Assembly (NCBI GenBank): GCA_964016885.1
Contig: OZ024743.1
Coordinates: 26,536,001 to 26,600,000 of the forward strand
Reading direction: 5' to 3'
DNA length: 64,000 bases
Source: Eledone cirrhosa
Lineage: Eukaryota
Every line of letters starts with the position of its first letter. Position 1 is the first letter of the stretch. Positions 38,200 through 52,280 of this stretch are shown piece after piece. A program made the translations under genes and the position numbers. The notes beneath the pieces are model-generated. The model saw only the letters and a list, made by a program, of their open reading frames with translations. It did no database searches and had not been told where the DNA came from.

Positions 38200-39120
38200 A
38201 GCCATAGTAAGGGCTGCTGGAGTTTCTCTGATAATTTTTGAGGCAGCATTGTCGCAGGTGATAGCGAGGCCATGACGCTGGAATAACCAAGTACCCACAT
38301 GGGCATCACCTGATATGTTGGCAACAATGACAAGAACCTCACTACCAACAGCCTGCAAGACTGGAACAAATTATTCAGTTTTGCGACACTCATTCTTGGG
38401 ATCTCGATGGCAGAGGAAGTTTGGTCGCTTCCTTGACTTTGAGGTTTAGAGGCAATATTGCTTCCTTCTGTCACCCATGACCAACTAGCCTTTCACTTCT
38501 CTCATGCTGCACACCGACACCGACACCGCACATGCAGTCTATTTCCAATTGTGTGAAATGGCTAAATGAGGGCAACATTCCTGCTGTCATGTATGTGCTG
38601 ACCTTGAGGGACATGGTACTCCGGCCCACACCAGATGGAGCTTGGCTAATGCTGATCATGCTGTCTTCATACTCAGCTCTCTAGTCCTCCAGAAAGCCAT
38701 TCGAAAGTGTCTGGAGACGAAGCATGGAGACCTGATGAGGATGAAAGAGAGATTGTGCCACACTGATGTACACCTGGAGCTCTTCCTCCTGAGGAACTGT
38801 TTCACCCTCCCCAAACTCCTCGTCCCACTATGCCTTATCACCCTTTCACAGATCGCCTTGTTAAATTCTATGCCACCATCCATCGCTGTGCTGAACTCAT
38901 GCAATGTTAGCTTAGACAGCACCAGCTGGTGAAACTCCCTGGGAAAATCGGTGGCCTCAGCCTCCGATCCACTTCAGACCTAGCATTGCTAGCCTATAAC
39001 TCCTCAATCTACTCCAGCTGCACTCTCATCAATAAGGTCCATCACAAAACAGCAGAACCTGATGTGGTCCGGGAACTGAGTCAGCTCTGACTGATAGGAC
39101 TGACAAAGACCTCACCTTCC
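38200..39120 (+). mobile_element. Degenerate CRE-like (restriction-endonuclease type) non-LTR retrotransposon relic
   Basis: GC-elevated block encoding LFLLRNCFTLPKLL and, in another frame, GGLSLRSTSDLALLAY. These resemble CRE-clade post-RT motifs. Multiple frameshifts. Confidence 0.55.
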
Positions 39121-39292
39121 CTCAGTATTCAGATGTCAAATGTAACTGGGATAACAAGTGCAGGTTTTCCTTCAGGTGGATTGAGTTTTTCTAGGACTAA
39201 CACTGTCTTGCATGCCTGTTTTGTATTGTAGCCAAACAGTGGCGCATGCCTCAATTTGAAATCGAATTCGGTTTGGTTGAGGCAGGCAACAT

Positions 39293-39487
39293 CAGACCTG
39301 TCAACACTCGCCGACCGACGGGGAGATCTCCCACCCACTTTGGGGTGGGTGATGGATGTCTTCTCTTGCAAAAATGGGTATAGCTTCCATTATGTAAAAT
39401 CTCTCCATTTTACCTCATTTCTCCCAGTTTTGGTGCACTTTTTTCCATGGTACTCCCCGTTTGAGTTTTTAGAGGTTGGCAGGTCTG
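39293..39487. mobile_element. MITE family B (hAT-like), copy 2
   Basis: GGCAACAT|CAGACCTGTCAA ... TTGGCAGGTCTG|AGCAACAT (8-bp TSD, one mismatch). Confidence 0.8.
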
Positions 39488-40750
39488 AGCAACATATTTG
39501 GCTCTTTATTTTGATTATTTTTTTAATGAGGTGTGCATTAATAACACCTAAACCATTTACCCAAGGATGTTTGGCAGACTATGTTGGGTGTTACCAGGAA
39601 CCACGGAGTGTCATGTATCTGCTAAATTTTAAATCTCATTTGGACGAAGGAGGAAATATAGTAAAAATTGAATTAGGCAATAACTTTTAGCATTACATTT
39701 CTTTAATAAGTATAGTGAATATAATAAGTATTAGATAAACAGCCGATGGAACGTAATAAGAATGTTTAGTGATGAATGAAAAGGGTGGGAGTTATCTTGA
39801 GGGATAGGTAAATGACAAGGTATATTAGGTATTACGAAAGGATGAGGGTTTTAGAGAAAACAAATTAGAGCCAGGCCAAAATTTTCGATTAAAAGTAGAA
39901 GTAATGATGGCTATGACGATGCTGTTTGTAAGGTGATCAACACCATTACAATTTATGAATAATATTAGTATTGGTAACCACTAGCATGATAGTACGGTTT
40001 CTTTCGTCACATCTCTTGAATCGGAAAAAAAGCAGATATGATATATCTAATTTATGTCAGACTTCTAGATAAGGACAAAACAGTCAGTAAACTTCCATTA
40101 TTCTTTTGGAGTGTATTTCTTACCTGAAAGTATTTCCCCGATTAGACTTATCCTTGTTAACTTTCTTTAGCTAAGAAGGGCCAAGGTGTTTAAACGAAGT
40201 AACTCTTAACAGCTGTGTCATTCCACTATAAAAAAAATAATGAAATCATATCCAAGTCGTCGATGTATACATCAATAAGCAGAAAATATGTTTGATATAC
40301 TCCTTCTGCATATCAGGATAAATTACAATAGCATTAACAGATGTTATCATTTGCATGAGACAAAGCCGTCATTTCAAAACAGTTTGTGTTGTCATTAGCA
40401 ACTCGGTTACCACTTACATCACAGGAAATATTTTTGATTGTCAGATTACTATCAATAAGAAATTAATATGATCGTATTTATATCACAAAGGAATATAACA
40501 TTTTCAGTAATTTATCATTTTTAATAGAGATTGATAATTTTTACAATAATTAGTTTATAAGTAGCAGAATGACAAACAAGGAAAAAAAAATCACATTCTG
40601 TTCATTGTGATGCTAGGTTGGCATACTCTCCCTTTACAGGAATTTATGCTTGGTTTAAGCGGCATACAATGGCGTTAATACATATTTACGATGGGACGAT
40701 GTTAAGACGTTAGGTTTATTATTTTATTTTTTATCGGGAATAACTTCAGG

Positions 40751-40794
40751 ATGACATCGTTACTAAAGAACCAGATCCTGAAGCATTTATCAAG
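40751..40794 (+). CDS. BLTP3: First coding exon of a BLTP3 (UHRF1BP1/UHRF1BP1L, SHIP164) family bridge-like lipid transfer protein
   Basis: ATG...MTSLLKNQILKHLS(R) followed by a consensus donor AG|GTAAGT (phase 2). Matches the Chorein-N start MAGIIKKQILKHLSR of vertebrate BLTP3A/B. No downstream exon (FTKNLSPDKI-like) was found in this window. Confidence 0.75.
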
Positions 40795-41619
40795 GTAAGT
40801 GATGTATATGTGTTACACAAAAGTGACTAGTGTGGTTATAGCGATCACCGAAATGCCCACGGTACCTAGCTACACCCACTACACACTTCATGTTAACTCA
40901 ATGAACATCTCTCTACACTGTATCACTTTACATTGATACTATTTCTCTTTTAAAAGCATTACAATATGAACTGAACACACTATTAGATATAATTTGAATG
41001 AACAATCTATGTAGTTTTTACTTAATGTCTCTATAGTTATGCTTTCTTTTAGTAACATGAAGTTTTATACATATACATACACGTTCATTCGTTCGAGGCT
41101 GCTGATTCATTTCGTCACTACTCGGAGTTCTTCGCTTAGTGCAATGCTTCAGCCTCTTGAAGGATTGCAGGTAGCGAGAAACTTTAAGTAGCGACAGAGT
41201 GGATTTTCATCTCGGTACGAATAAATAAATTCTACTCCGTATATTTAGTACTTTTTCTTCCAATCTTACAGAAACCCTCGTCAGTGTTACAAACTCCTAT
41301 AGGCAAATGCATGCTTCAGCCATGAATATGCCGTCTTTTTTTCTGGCATAATATATCTATGATTACATTATACAATATGTTCTTCATTTTTATAAGATGA
41401 TAGAGTGCGATTTTAGGGAAATTTAGCTGCTATTTATATCAGCTTATCTTTTACTCAGATTCATCCAGTTTGTAGTTGTCACACATTAATAAACCTCAGT
41501 ACATACATATATACCTAGAAAATTAACTAGATATGGTAGAATAGTAATTAATTAATCTAAATCGAATATTATAAGTTAGAATTTATTTTCCTTTATCTTC
41601 ATATTTTATTTAGATTAAA

Positions 41620-41810
41620 CTACGGGACCCTATGTGTCGGACAAAATACTTTCTCAATACGCGGCCTTAAGTTAGGTCTATATATAGTATTCTGATCATG
41701 TCCTTCAGCCTTGTAATAAGGGAGATATACAAATGTTCTTTGTTTTTGAAGTATTAGGAATATTTCCTTATGTCTCTTGTTACTGTTATTCTGACAATAT
41801 CTCATAACGG
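41620..41810 (-). mobile_element. Possible Penelope-like element relic
   Basis: Translation RTFVYLPYYKA...IEKVFCP weakly resembles the linker before the GIY-YIG domain of Penelope-like elements. Short and degenerate. Confidence 0.25.
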
Positions 41811-42709
41811 TGGTGAATGAGCTCGGTGAATGACCCCTAACATAGGCGTGGGTGGATCGTTCTGATTACGTCTCCTTTCCTTTGTATGCGTGTGATGTTC
41901 TGATTATGTCTGCTTGGTTTGTTTGCTATGGTCAGACACTTCTTTCTAGCAGTGTATCGTAAATTAGTGCCGTTGAAACAACTGATAGTAGTATCTCTGT
42001 TATCACTTGCCGTTCATTTGTTAAGCGTCAACTTTGACATTTCGATATTGAGAATTAATTTATGTTCACACGACTTGTCCCCTGCTAATCTGTCTTCCCC
42101 TGTCAAGCGCTGTTCACTTGAGCTGTCTTCATACAGTCCACACTGTACAGTTACAGATCGGGTACGATCGAATACACCTATAATCAAAAGCATTCTAGCC
42201 GTTGTTTTCTTTTAGACAGCGTATCTAAGACTGCATTATCCAATGTGTCCTGTCCTTTTTTAAAAAAAAGACAGTTGATTGCTGTCTGAGGGTGGGATTG
42301 GCTATTATTTCTAGCGAGTCGACCAACCACATGAGGGCTTCCCTATTCTCTCAACACGATCTATTTATTTCGTGAGGATGTTAGCTTTCACTGAAATGAT
42401 CAAAAGCGTTCTTTGAAGACGACAAAGTACAATTTGGTTACTATTTCTAGTATGACGAACACCAATCTAACTCGATTTGACGATAACGGCAATTACATTC
42501 AGAAATTAAACCAAACACACCATCATACCTAGCAAATATGACGATGTTTATAATTTAGACTCTAGTCAGCAGTTTTTTGGTTTTTTTTCAATTTCATTTC
42601 TTACTCGTCGTTATTCTTTGGTCAGCCGAAGATTTCTATCATTTGTAAGATACATACACAACGGCCACAATTTTATTTTTATTTTTAATGTTTTTTTTTC
42701 TCTCATTAG

Positions 42710-43930
42710 TTTGATCTGAAAAGAGTTGTGCTCATGGCCTTTGCAGACCCAGATAGACCAGTTTGACTGATGCCATTAAGTTTTCTCTTAAACCGTTATA
42801 CGTCAATGGGTGCATGTAAAACGGACTGGCTGGGAATTCCAGTGGATTGGCATTCTGGGAAAAAAGGACTAGGTGTAAGCTTTAATGTGTGGGGGCTGGT
42901 GGGAGTGGACATTGGTTGGCGAGGCGAGTGAGTCATGAGTGCCTGAATGGAGGTGGCATGAGACCAACTAGCTCCGAATAGCAGACGCTGATATAGTTGT
43001 GGTAGAAAAGGCAGAAATAAGTGACAGCGTGTCAGTGGGTTAGAATGTTTAAGTTTTTTTGCACGACTTTATGCTAATCAGTTGAGTGGCCTTTCTTTGC
43101 ATGTGATCTAGGATGTCTATTTTGTAGTAGTAACATCGTCCCAGATGTGGTAACCCTTTATTGTGGGTCTTACTGGAACTTTGTAGAGGGTTAGTATTTG
43201 TTGGGGGATGAAATATGTTTTGCATCTGAAGAGAAAAGCCAGTTTCAGTATATTAAGGATTTGTAATCATCAGGAGAATTCCTCAGTGTTAGTGAGGTCT
43301 AGCATTTGATACAAGGGTTTTTGTTGCCTGCTGTTCATGAATAAGGGGGTGAGGTGCGATTATGTTTTCTAGATATGTGCAGTAATTGTGTTGTTGTTTT
43401 GCTGTTGAAAGAGAAGATTGGCGTGGTCTCCATTGGGGGATGTTTTGAGGTCTCTGTTCAGGTAGTCAGTGAAAATTTGGTATGAAGTGTCTGGCTTATC
43501 CGAATAGTGCTTGAGTTTTTGAGGTTAAGAAGAAATGAAGGGTGATAACATCTGTACAGGGGTGGATATTGGTATAGATGGTAGCAAATAGGTAATTGAA
43601 TATAGGAGTAAGAGTATGTAAGACAAAACCATGTGTGGTTCAGAGAATACTCTATCAGTATGTACTACAACAGAGTAATCTGATGAAAAGCCACAGTTTT
43701 CACAGAAGATTTGTATGTTAGATATGGTCAAATGCTTTGCTAATGCTGAGGGCAGTAACACTGCTTTCATCAAATTTATTGATGATAAGAACCCCCTGGT
43801 TAGTGACATAGGAGAGTAGGTCTTTCATAGATCTGGCTTTACAAAAGTTGTACTGGTGCTCATTAAGTAGAGAGAGATTCATGTTGTTGAAAGCTGTTTT
43901 TGGAAGTGATTGTGATAAAATACTAGGTCA
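42710..43930 (-). mobile_element. Degenerate CR1/L2-group LINE (RT to 3' end)
   Basis: Minus-strand translation gives HQYNFCKARSMKDLLSYV...ALSISKAFDHI and FRCKTYFIPQQILTLYK..VRP, with stops and frameshifts. Confidence 0.7.
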
Positions 43931-44100
43931 GGGGGCGCTGGGGCCTAAGAGTATGGTGGGGAGGAGTAAAGACGATATAATAGTATATTAAATATCAAAT
44001 GATACATTTATATAAATATAGTAAAATAAAAATATATTTATTTATGCATAGTATATATTATATTATTTATTATATATAAATTAACGATTTTATTTATATA

Positions 44101-45039
44101 CTAGCTGAATTACCCGGCGTTGCCCGGGTTACTGCTGTTCTTATTCAGACCAGTAAACAATAAATATGAAGATATGTTGTTTTTTTCTCATAATTATTTC
44201 AAAAATCTATATCTTATTAAAAAGATATCAAAATTGTAATGATAATAGAATTTAGAAATGAAAATCTGTCAGTCTTGAAGCACCTTAGGGTAAACAATAT
44301 TCATGCATAGCTTTTCACCTAATTTTTGGTCAGTTGCTACATATGTGTAGGTGTGTGTGTGTGTGTGTATTTAATCATGTATCTAATGAACGCACATACA
44401 CACACTCAGACATATATATTCATATACAAAATGTGACAAAGGTGTGTTATTTTCTATCGTTTTAATACAAATGAAAATAAAAATTATCACACATACTCAT
44501 ACACACATACACTCATACACACATACTCATATACTCACACACACACTCTCACACACATACACTCTCATACACATACACTCACACACACATACACTCACAC
44601 ACACATACACTCACACACTAACACGCACACTCACATACATATACTAAGACACACACGCAGACATACATTCATGCACACTTGTCTGTCATCACATATATAT
44701 CTGTATGTGTAGATATGTGTGTGTTTAATTGTCTGTGTGTGAAGATAATGTGTATGCATCTTACGTTGTAACAAACTTGCAAACACACTCACAGATACAT
44801 ACACACTCATATACAAAATGTGACTCATCGTCATGGTTTACTATAGTTCACTATAGAAATGTTATTTTAGATAAAATATTATATTATTTTAATCCAAATG
44901 AAAATAAAAATTACATGTTGACACTCCCTGGGTCTAATACTTATTACCTTGTAAAATTTGATTTGATTTGGTTCAGCCATTTTAGAATGCATAGGGACAG
45001 ACAGATAGAGAGAGACAAAGAATTTCATATATAGAGAGA
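44101..45039 (-). mobile_element. Non-autonomous Helitron carrying internal (CA)n/(TG)n microsatellites
   Basis: On minus: 5' A|TCTCTCTATATATG, and a 3' hairpin CCCGG-GCAACG-CCGGG shortly before terminal CTAG|T. A/T target, no TSD. Confidence 0.75.
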
Positions 45040-46004
45040 TTGTTTATAATTTGCGTGTAGGCAGGTCTCTGGAAATAGGGGTGGAGGGTATTATGTTGAC
45101 GTGAGGTGGGAGTGGTGACCCAAAAAGTTTGAGAACCTCTGTTATGGACATTCACGAGCAAATCCATCATTACATCGGATATTTATTGCTAAACACCCTA
45201 AACAGCAAGCCCAATTCAGTATAAAAATATTCAAAAGATTTTTTTTTAAATAAGAAAAATGAATAGAGGTTACATGAATTAGATAGATAGATAGATAGAT
45301 AGAAAGAGAGGTGCTTGCTGGGAGGGAGTGTCAAAAAGTAAATGAGAAAGAAGGGGAACAAATGTGGAAAGTTAGAGAGAGAGAGAGGTTTTAGAAAAAA
45401 AGCTCTCATTAGTAACAAAACAAATATGCACATACACATATTAGTTAAATACACAGAAAAACAGAACAGTCACATATAATGACATAAACCTTGCTCATAT
45501 TTAATTGTAGACATCAGTAATAATGGTTTTTAAAAGAGATTTGAAAGGCAATTATGAAATACCACTATTTAAAAAAACAGGAACATGAAAAAACAATAGG
45601 TTAATATTGTGCCTGTATACTCAAAAGAAGTTGTCTCAAAGCAGTCATTGGCAAAAACATGTCAAGAGACAAGAGGGATAAACAATGATTAAAGGTGAAA
45701 AAGTTCAAAATTGAACATATTTCAATTATAAATCAGCAGAATATATCTGTTCAGTGGCCTTGAAACCAAATATTTTGGTGCATGTCTGCAAGGGTTAAGG
45801 ATTCTGATTTAAATGTTCAGTGCAAACCTGTCTTGAAAGAGAATGAAGAACTTTTCTCTCAAGCACAAAGGGCATCAAATCATATTATAGTAAAAGCTGT
45901 GATTGTAATGGTTCACTCTTTCAAAAATGGATCAGTGTATCTTAAAAGGAGCCAAATCAGAAAGACCAAATGTACTGGATATTTGAAAGCACTCTTGTGC
46001 AAGT

Positions 46005-46204
46005 NNNNNNNNNNNNNNNNNNNNNNNNNNNNNNNNNNNNNNNNNNNNNNNNNNNNNNNNNNNNNNNNNNNNNNNNNNNNNNNNNNNNNNNNNNNNNNNN
46101 NNNNNNNNNNNNNNNNNNNNNNNNNNNNNNNNNNNNNNNNNNNNNNNNNNNNNNNNNNNNNNNNNNNNNNNNNNNNNNNNNNNNNNNNNNNNNNNNNNNN
46201 NNNN
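46005..46204. other. Assembly gap (200 N)
   Basis: Run of exactly 200 N, which looks like a fixed-size scaffold join. Confidence 0.98.
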
Positions 46205-46359
46205 GTCTATATGTATATATATATGTATATATATATATATTGTATATATGTATATATATATATATTGTATATATATATATATGTATATATATATATGTAT
46301 ATATATATGTATATATATATGTATATATATATATGTATATATATATATGTATATATATG

Positions 46360-46408
<49 letters not shown>

Positions 46409-46768
46409 GTATATATGTATATATGTATATATATATATATATGTATATATGTTATATATGTATATATATATATATGTATATATGTATATATATATATAGA
46501 TATATGTATATATGTATATATATATATATATGTATATATGTATATATATATGTATATATGTATATATATATGTATATATGTATATATATATATGTATATA
46601 TATATATGTATATAAGTATATATATATATGTATATATATATATAGTATATATATATATGTATATATATATATATGTATATATATGTATATATGTATCTAA
46701 GTATATATATATGTATATATATATATATGTATATATATATGTATATATGTATATATATATATGTATAT

Positions 46769-46837
<69 letters not shown>

Positions 46838-47039
46838 GTATATATATATGTTATATATATATATGTATATATATATGTATATATATATATATGTATATAT
46901 ATATATGTATATATGTATATATATATATATGTATATATATATATGTATATATGTATATATGTATATATATATATATGTATATATGTATATATGTATATAT
47001 ATATATATGTATATATATATATGTATATATATATATATG

Positions 47040-47102
<63 letters not shown>

Positions 47103-47221
47103 GTGTATGTATATATATATGTATATATATATGTATATATATATGTATATATATATATGTATATATATATGTATATATATATATATATGTATATATATAT
47201 GTATATATGTATATATATATG

Positions 47222-47254
<33 letters not shown>

Positions 47255-47348
47255 GTATATATATATGTATATATATATATATATGTATATTATGTATGTA
47301 TATATATATATTATATGTAATATATATGTATATATGTATATATATATG

Positions 47349-47379
<31 letters not shown>

Positions 47380-47445
47380 GTATATATATATGTATATATA
47401 TATATATATGTATATATTTATGTATATATAGTATATATATATATG

Positions 47446-47476
<31 letters not shown>

Positions 47477-47596
47477 GTATATATATGTATATATATATAT
47501 ATATGTATATATATGTATATATATATATGTATATATGTATATATATATATACGTAAATGTATATATATATGTATATATGTATATATATATGTATAT

Positions 47597-48028
47597 ATGT
47601 CACTGGACCGAGACCTTTGGCGGTACTCAGTAATAGAGAAGACCCGCCTTGCCAGTAGGCATCTCTAACAAAATACACCCTGTCCCACCACCATCACCCC
47701 CACCCCATCCACACCACCCCGTTCTATGTAAAGTTATGTTGGTGCCGCGCCATCCAAGCCGAAACAAATGAGATCGTGTAGGTGTCACGACAAAAAAACA
47801 CACAGTCCACTCTGTAATGTGGCCGTGTAGGCAACACGGTAAAAACCTCCCAGACCCACACTGTAAATGTGGTTGGTGTTAGGAAGGGCATCCAGCTGTA
47901 GAAAACCTGCCAGACAGTCCTATGCGAGCAAGAAAATCACTCTTGCCTCAAGTGGGAGTACCCCCGTCCAAACCCATGCAAGCGTGGAACACGGACGTTA
48001 AACGTTGATGATGATGATGATGATGATG
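47597..48028 (+). mobile_element. Young RTE 3' fragment (ORF end, 3'UTR, (GAT)n) in TA array
   Basis: Encodes [17 protein letters not shown], the same as the end of ORF 52673-53044. Confidence 0.9.
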
Positions 48029-48090
48029 TATATATATATATATATGTATATATATATGTATATATGTATATATATATATATATATGTATG

Positions 48091-48121
<31 letters not shown>

Positions 48122-48131
48122 GTATATATGC

Positions 48132-48167
<36 letters not shown>

Positions 48168-48177
48168 GTATATATGC

Positions 48178-48257
<80 letters not shown>

Positions 48258-48266
48258 GTATATATG

Positions 48267-48297
<31 letters not shown>

Positions 48298-50052
48298 GTA
48301 TATATGTATATGTATATATGTATATATATATGTATATATATATGTATATGTATATATATATATATGTATATATGTATATATGTATATATATATATATGTA
48401 TATATGTATATATGTATATATATATATATGTATATATGTATATATATATATATGTATATGTAAAATATTAAACATTAATATTAAAATATTATTGACTCTG
48501 TATACCGTTTATCTTTCACCGAAAGTGATTTTTCATTACATCTCTTCTTTCCATGATATCCGGAATACATTGAGTTCTTCATACGGATTGGACACTACCG
48601 TAAACTCTTGGTAGATTTATCTACATATGTATATGTATATATATATGTATATGCATATATATATGTATATATGTATATATATATATATATGTATATGTAT
48701 ATATATATGTATATGCATATATATATGTATATATATATATATGTATATGTATATATATATGTATACTGCATATATATATGTATATATATATGTATGTATA
48801 TGCATATATATATGTATATATATATGTAGTATGTATATGTATATGTATGTGTATATGTATATGTATGTGTTATATGTATATATATATGTATATAAGTATA
48901 TCTATATATATATGTATCTGTATATGTATATATATATGTATATATGTATATCTATATATATATGTATCTGTATATGTATATATATATATGTATATATATA
49001 TGTATATATATATATGTATATATATATATGTATATATATATATGTATATATATATGTATATATATGTATATGTATATGTATATATATGTGTATATGATAT
49101 GTTATGTATATATATGTGTATAAGTATATATATATATCTATATATATATCTATATATATATGTATATATATATATGTATGTATATATATATGTATGTATA
49201 TATATATATATGTATTTGTATGTATATGTATATGTATGTATATGTATGTATATATATATATGTATATGTATGTATAGTATATATGTATATGTATGTATAT
49301 ATATGTATATGTATGTATATATATATATATGTATATGTATGTATATATATATATATGTATATGTATGTATATATATATGTATGTATATATATATATATGT
49401 ATATGTATGTATATATATATGTATGTATGTATATGTATGTATATATATATGTATGTATATATATGTGTATATATATATGTATATGTATGTATATATATAC
49501 ATATACATATATATATATATACATATATTATATATATACATATATTATATATATATATACATACATATATATATACATTATACATATATTATATATATAT
49601 ACATACATATATATATACATATATACATATATTATATATATATATACATATATACATATACATATATACATATATACATATATATACATATACATATATA
49701 TATACATATACATATATATATACATATATACATATATTATATATATATAATATACATACATATATATATATACATATATTATATATATATATACATACAT
49801 ATATATATACATATATTATATATACATACATATATATATACATATATTATATATATATATACATACATATATATATACATATATTATATATAATATACAT
49901 ACATATATATATATACATATATTATATATATATATACATACATATATATATATACGTACTATATATATACATACCATATATATATATATACAAACCATAA
50001 ATATACATTCATACTATATATACAAACATACTATATATATATATATATATAT

Positions 50053-50334
50053 ATCATCATCATCATCATCATCAACGTTTAACGTCCGTGTTCCACGCTT
50101 GCATGGGTTTGGACGGGGGTAGTCCCACTTGAGGCAAGAGTGATTGTCTTGCTCGCATAGGACTGTCTGGCAGGTTTTCTACAGTTGGATGCCCTTCCTA
50201 ACACCAACCACATTTACAGTGTGGGTCTGGGAGGTTTTTACCGTGTTGCCTACACGGCCACATTACAGCGTGGACTGTGTGTTTTTTTGTCGTGACACCT
50301 ACACGATCTCATTTGTTTCGGCCTCGATGGCGCG

Positions 50335-50336
<2 letters not shown>
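50053..50336 (-). mobile_element. Young RTE 3'UTR fragment in TA array
   Basis: Near-identical reverse complement of 47750-48028. Confidence 0.9.
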
Positions 50337-50367
<31 letters not shown>

Positions 50368-50376
50368 CTATATATA

Positions 50377-50985
50377 TGGTGGCTGCCAACTCGTTTTCGA
50401 GTACGGCCACTACTTTATATCCATGTAGGAGAACCCCTACCGAAGCGCTAGAACGAGTGTGACTTTTTAGTCCAGCCAGCGACTTGAAAACTCTGGTACA
50501 AACACTACACTTGTGACAATTATTGACACATAGTGCTGGGCCCATGGTACCATGTGAGGACAAGTGCAGAGAGATCTCCAGATATAAAGCAGTGCCTGTG
50601 CCGTGAAGCTTTTATAGTGAGCAAAGGCACTGCACAAAGCCAGTCCCACTCTCTTAACCAAGATGATATTTACCAAAAAGAAGAACAAGTCAACATCATT
50701 GGATACCATCAGGGTTGCAGGTGTTATATCAGAGATTTCCTTCTCCTAGAATTCTGCCTTGACAAAGGCTAAGGGGTCATCTCTCCCGGTGATTTTGGAT
50801 GGCCATTGACTCTTAAGAGCTCCTTTGCCTTTGACAGGTTTTGTTTTTAGTCCTGCAGGATGTCCAAAGTCACCCTCCTCACCAAGAAACCTTGGTGGGG
50901 TTGCCAGTTTAGTCGCCAACGACCCGACCATGAGACAGGTTGTACTGGGATACACGTTACCAGTAGCACCAACTGGTGACCTGAC
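50377..50985 (-). mobile_element. ~610-bp bipartite non-autonomous RTE-derived element, copy 1
   Basis: RTE-type 5'UTR motif TCTAGGAGAAGGAAA..CTGAT joined to a 3' relic encoding [19 protein letters not shown]. Same ends as 59512-60118. Confidence 0.75.
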
Positions 50986-51549
50986 TATAATTATATGTAT
51001 ATTATATGTATATTATATGTATATTGTATGTATATTATGTATATATGTATATGTATATATTATATATATAATATATGTATATATGTATATGTATATATAG
51101 TATTTATATATGTATATATAGTATTTATATATGTATATATAGTATTTATATATGTATATATAGTATTTATATATGTATATATAGTATTTATATATGTATA
51201 TATAGTATATATATATGTATATATAGTATATATGTATGTATATATATTTATGTATATATAGTATATATATATGTATATATATATGTATATATATAGTATA
51301 TATGTATATATATATAGTATATATATGTATATACATGGTATATATGTATATATATATAGTATATATGTATATATATATAGTATATATGTATATATATATA
51401 GTATATATGTATAGTATATATAGTATATATAGTATATATGTATATATATATTTTGTATATGTATGTATATATATATATATATGTATATATATATGCATGT
51501 GTATGTACGTATATATATATATAATATGTATATATATGTATGTATATAT

Positions 51550-51582
<33 letters not shown>

Positions 51583-52280
51583 TATATATATATGTATATA
51601 TTATATATATAATATATGTATATATGTATATATAATATATGTATATATATATGTATGTATATATATATGTAATATATGTATGTATATATATATATGTAAT
51701 ATATGTATGTATATATATATATGTATGTATATGTATGTATAATATGTATATATATATGTATGTATGTATATGTATAATATATGTATATATGTATATATAT
51801 GTTTGTGTATGTATGTATATATGTATATATATATATGTATATGTATATTATATATACATGTATATGTATATATTGTGTATTATATATATATATGTATATA
51901 TTATATATGTAATATATGTATATATATATGTATATGTATATATTGTATATTGTATGTATATGTATATATTGTATATTGTATGTATATGTATATATTGTAT
52001 ATTATATATATATGTATATGTATATATTATATATATAATATATGTATATATATATATATGTATGTGTATATATTGTATATATAATGTATGTATATATATA
52101 ATATATGTATATATATATAATATATGTATATATATAATATATGTATATATATATATGTATGTGTATATATTGTATATATAATGTATGTATATATATAATA
52201 TATGTATATATATATAATATATGTATATATATAATATATGTATATATATATAATATATGTATATATATAATATATGTATT

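Noticed and set aside
45640-46004. ORF-like stretch before the gap, possibly a DNA transposase relic
   Set aside because: No diagnostic motif could be recognised, and it is truncated by the N gap.
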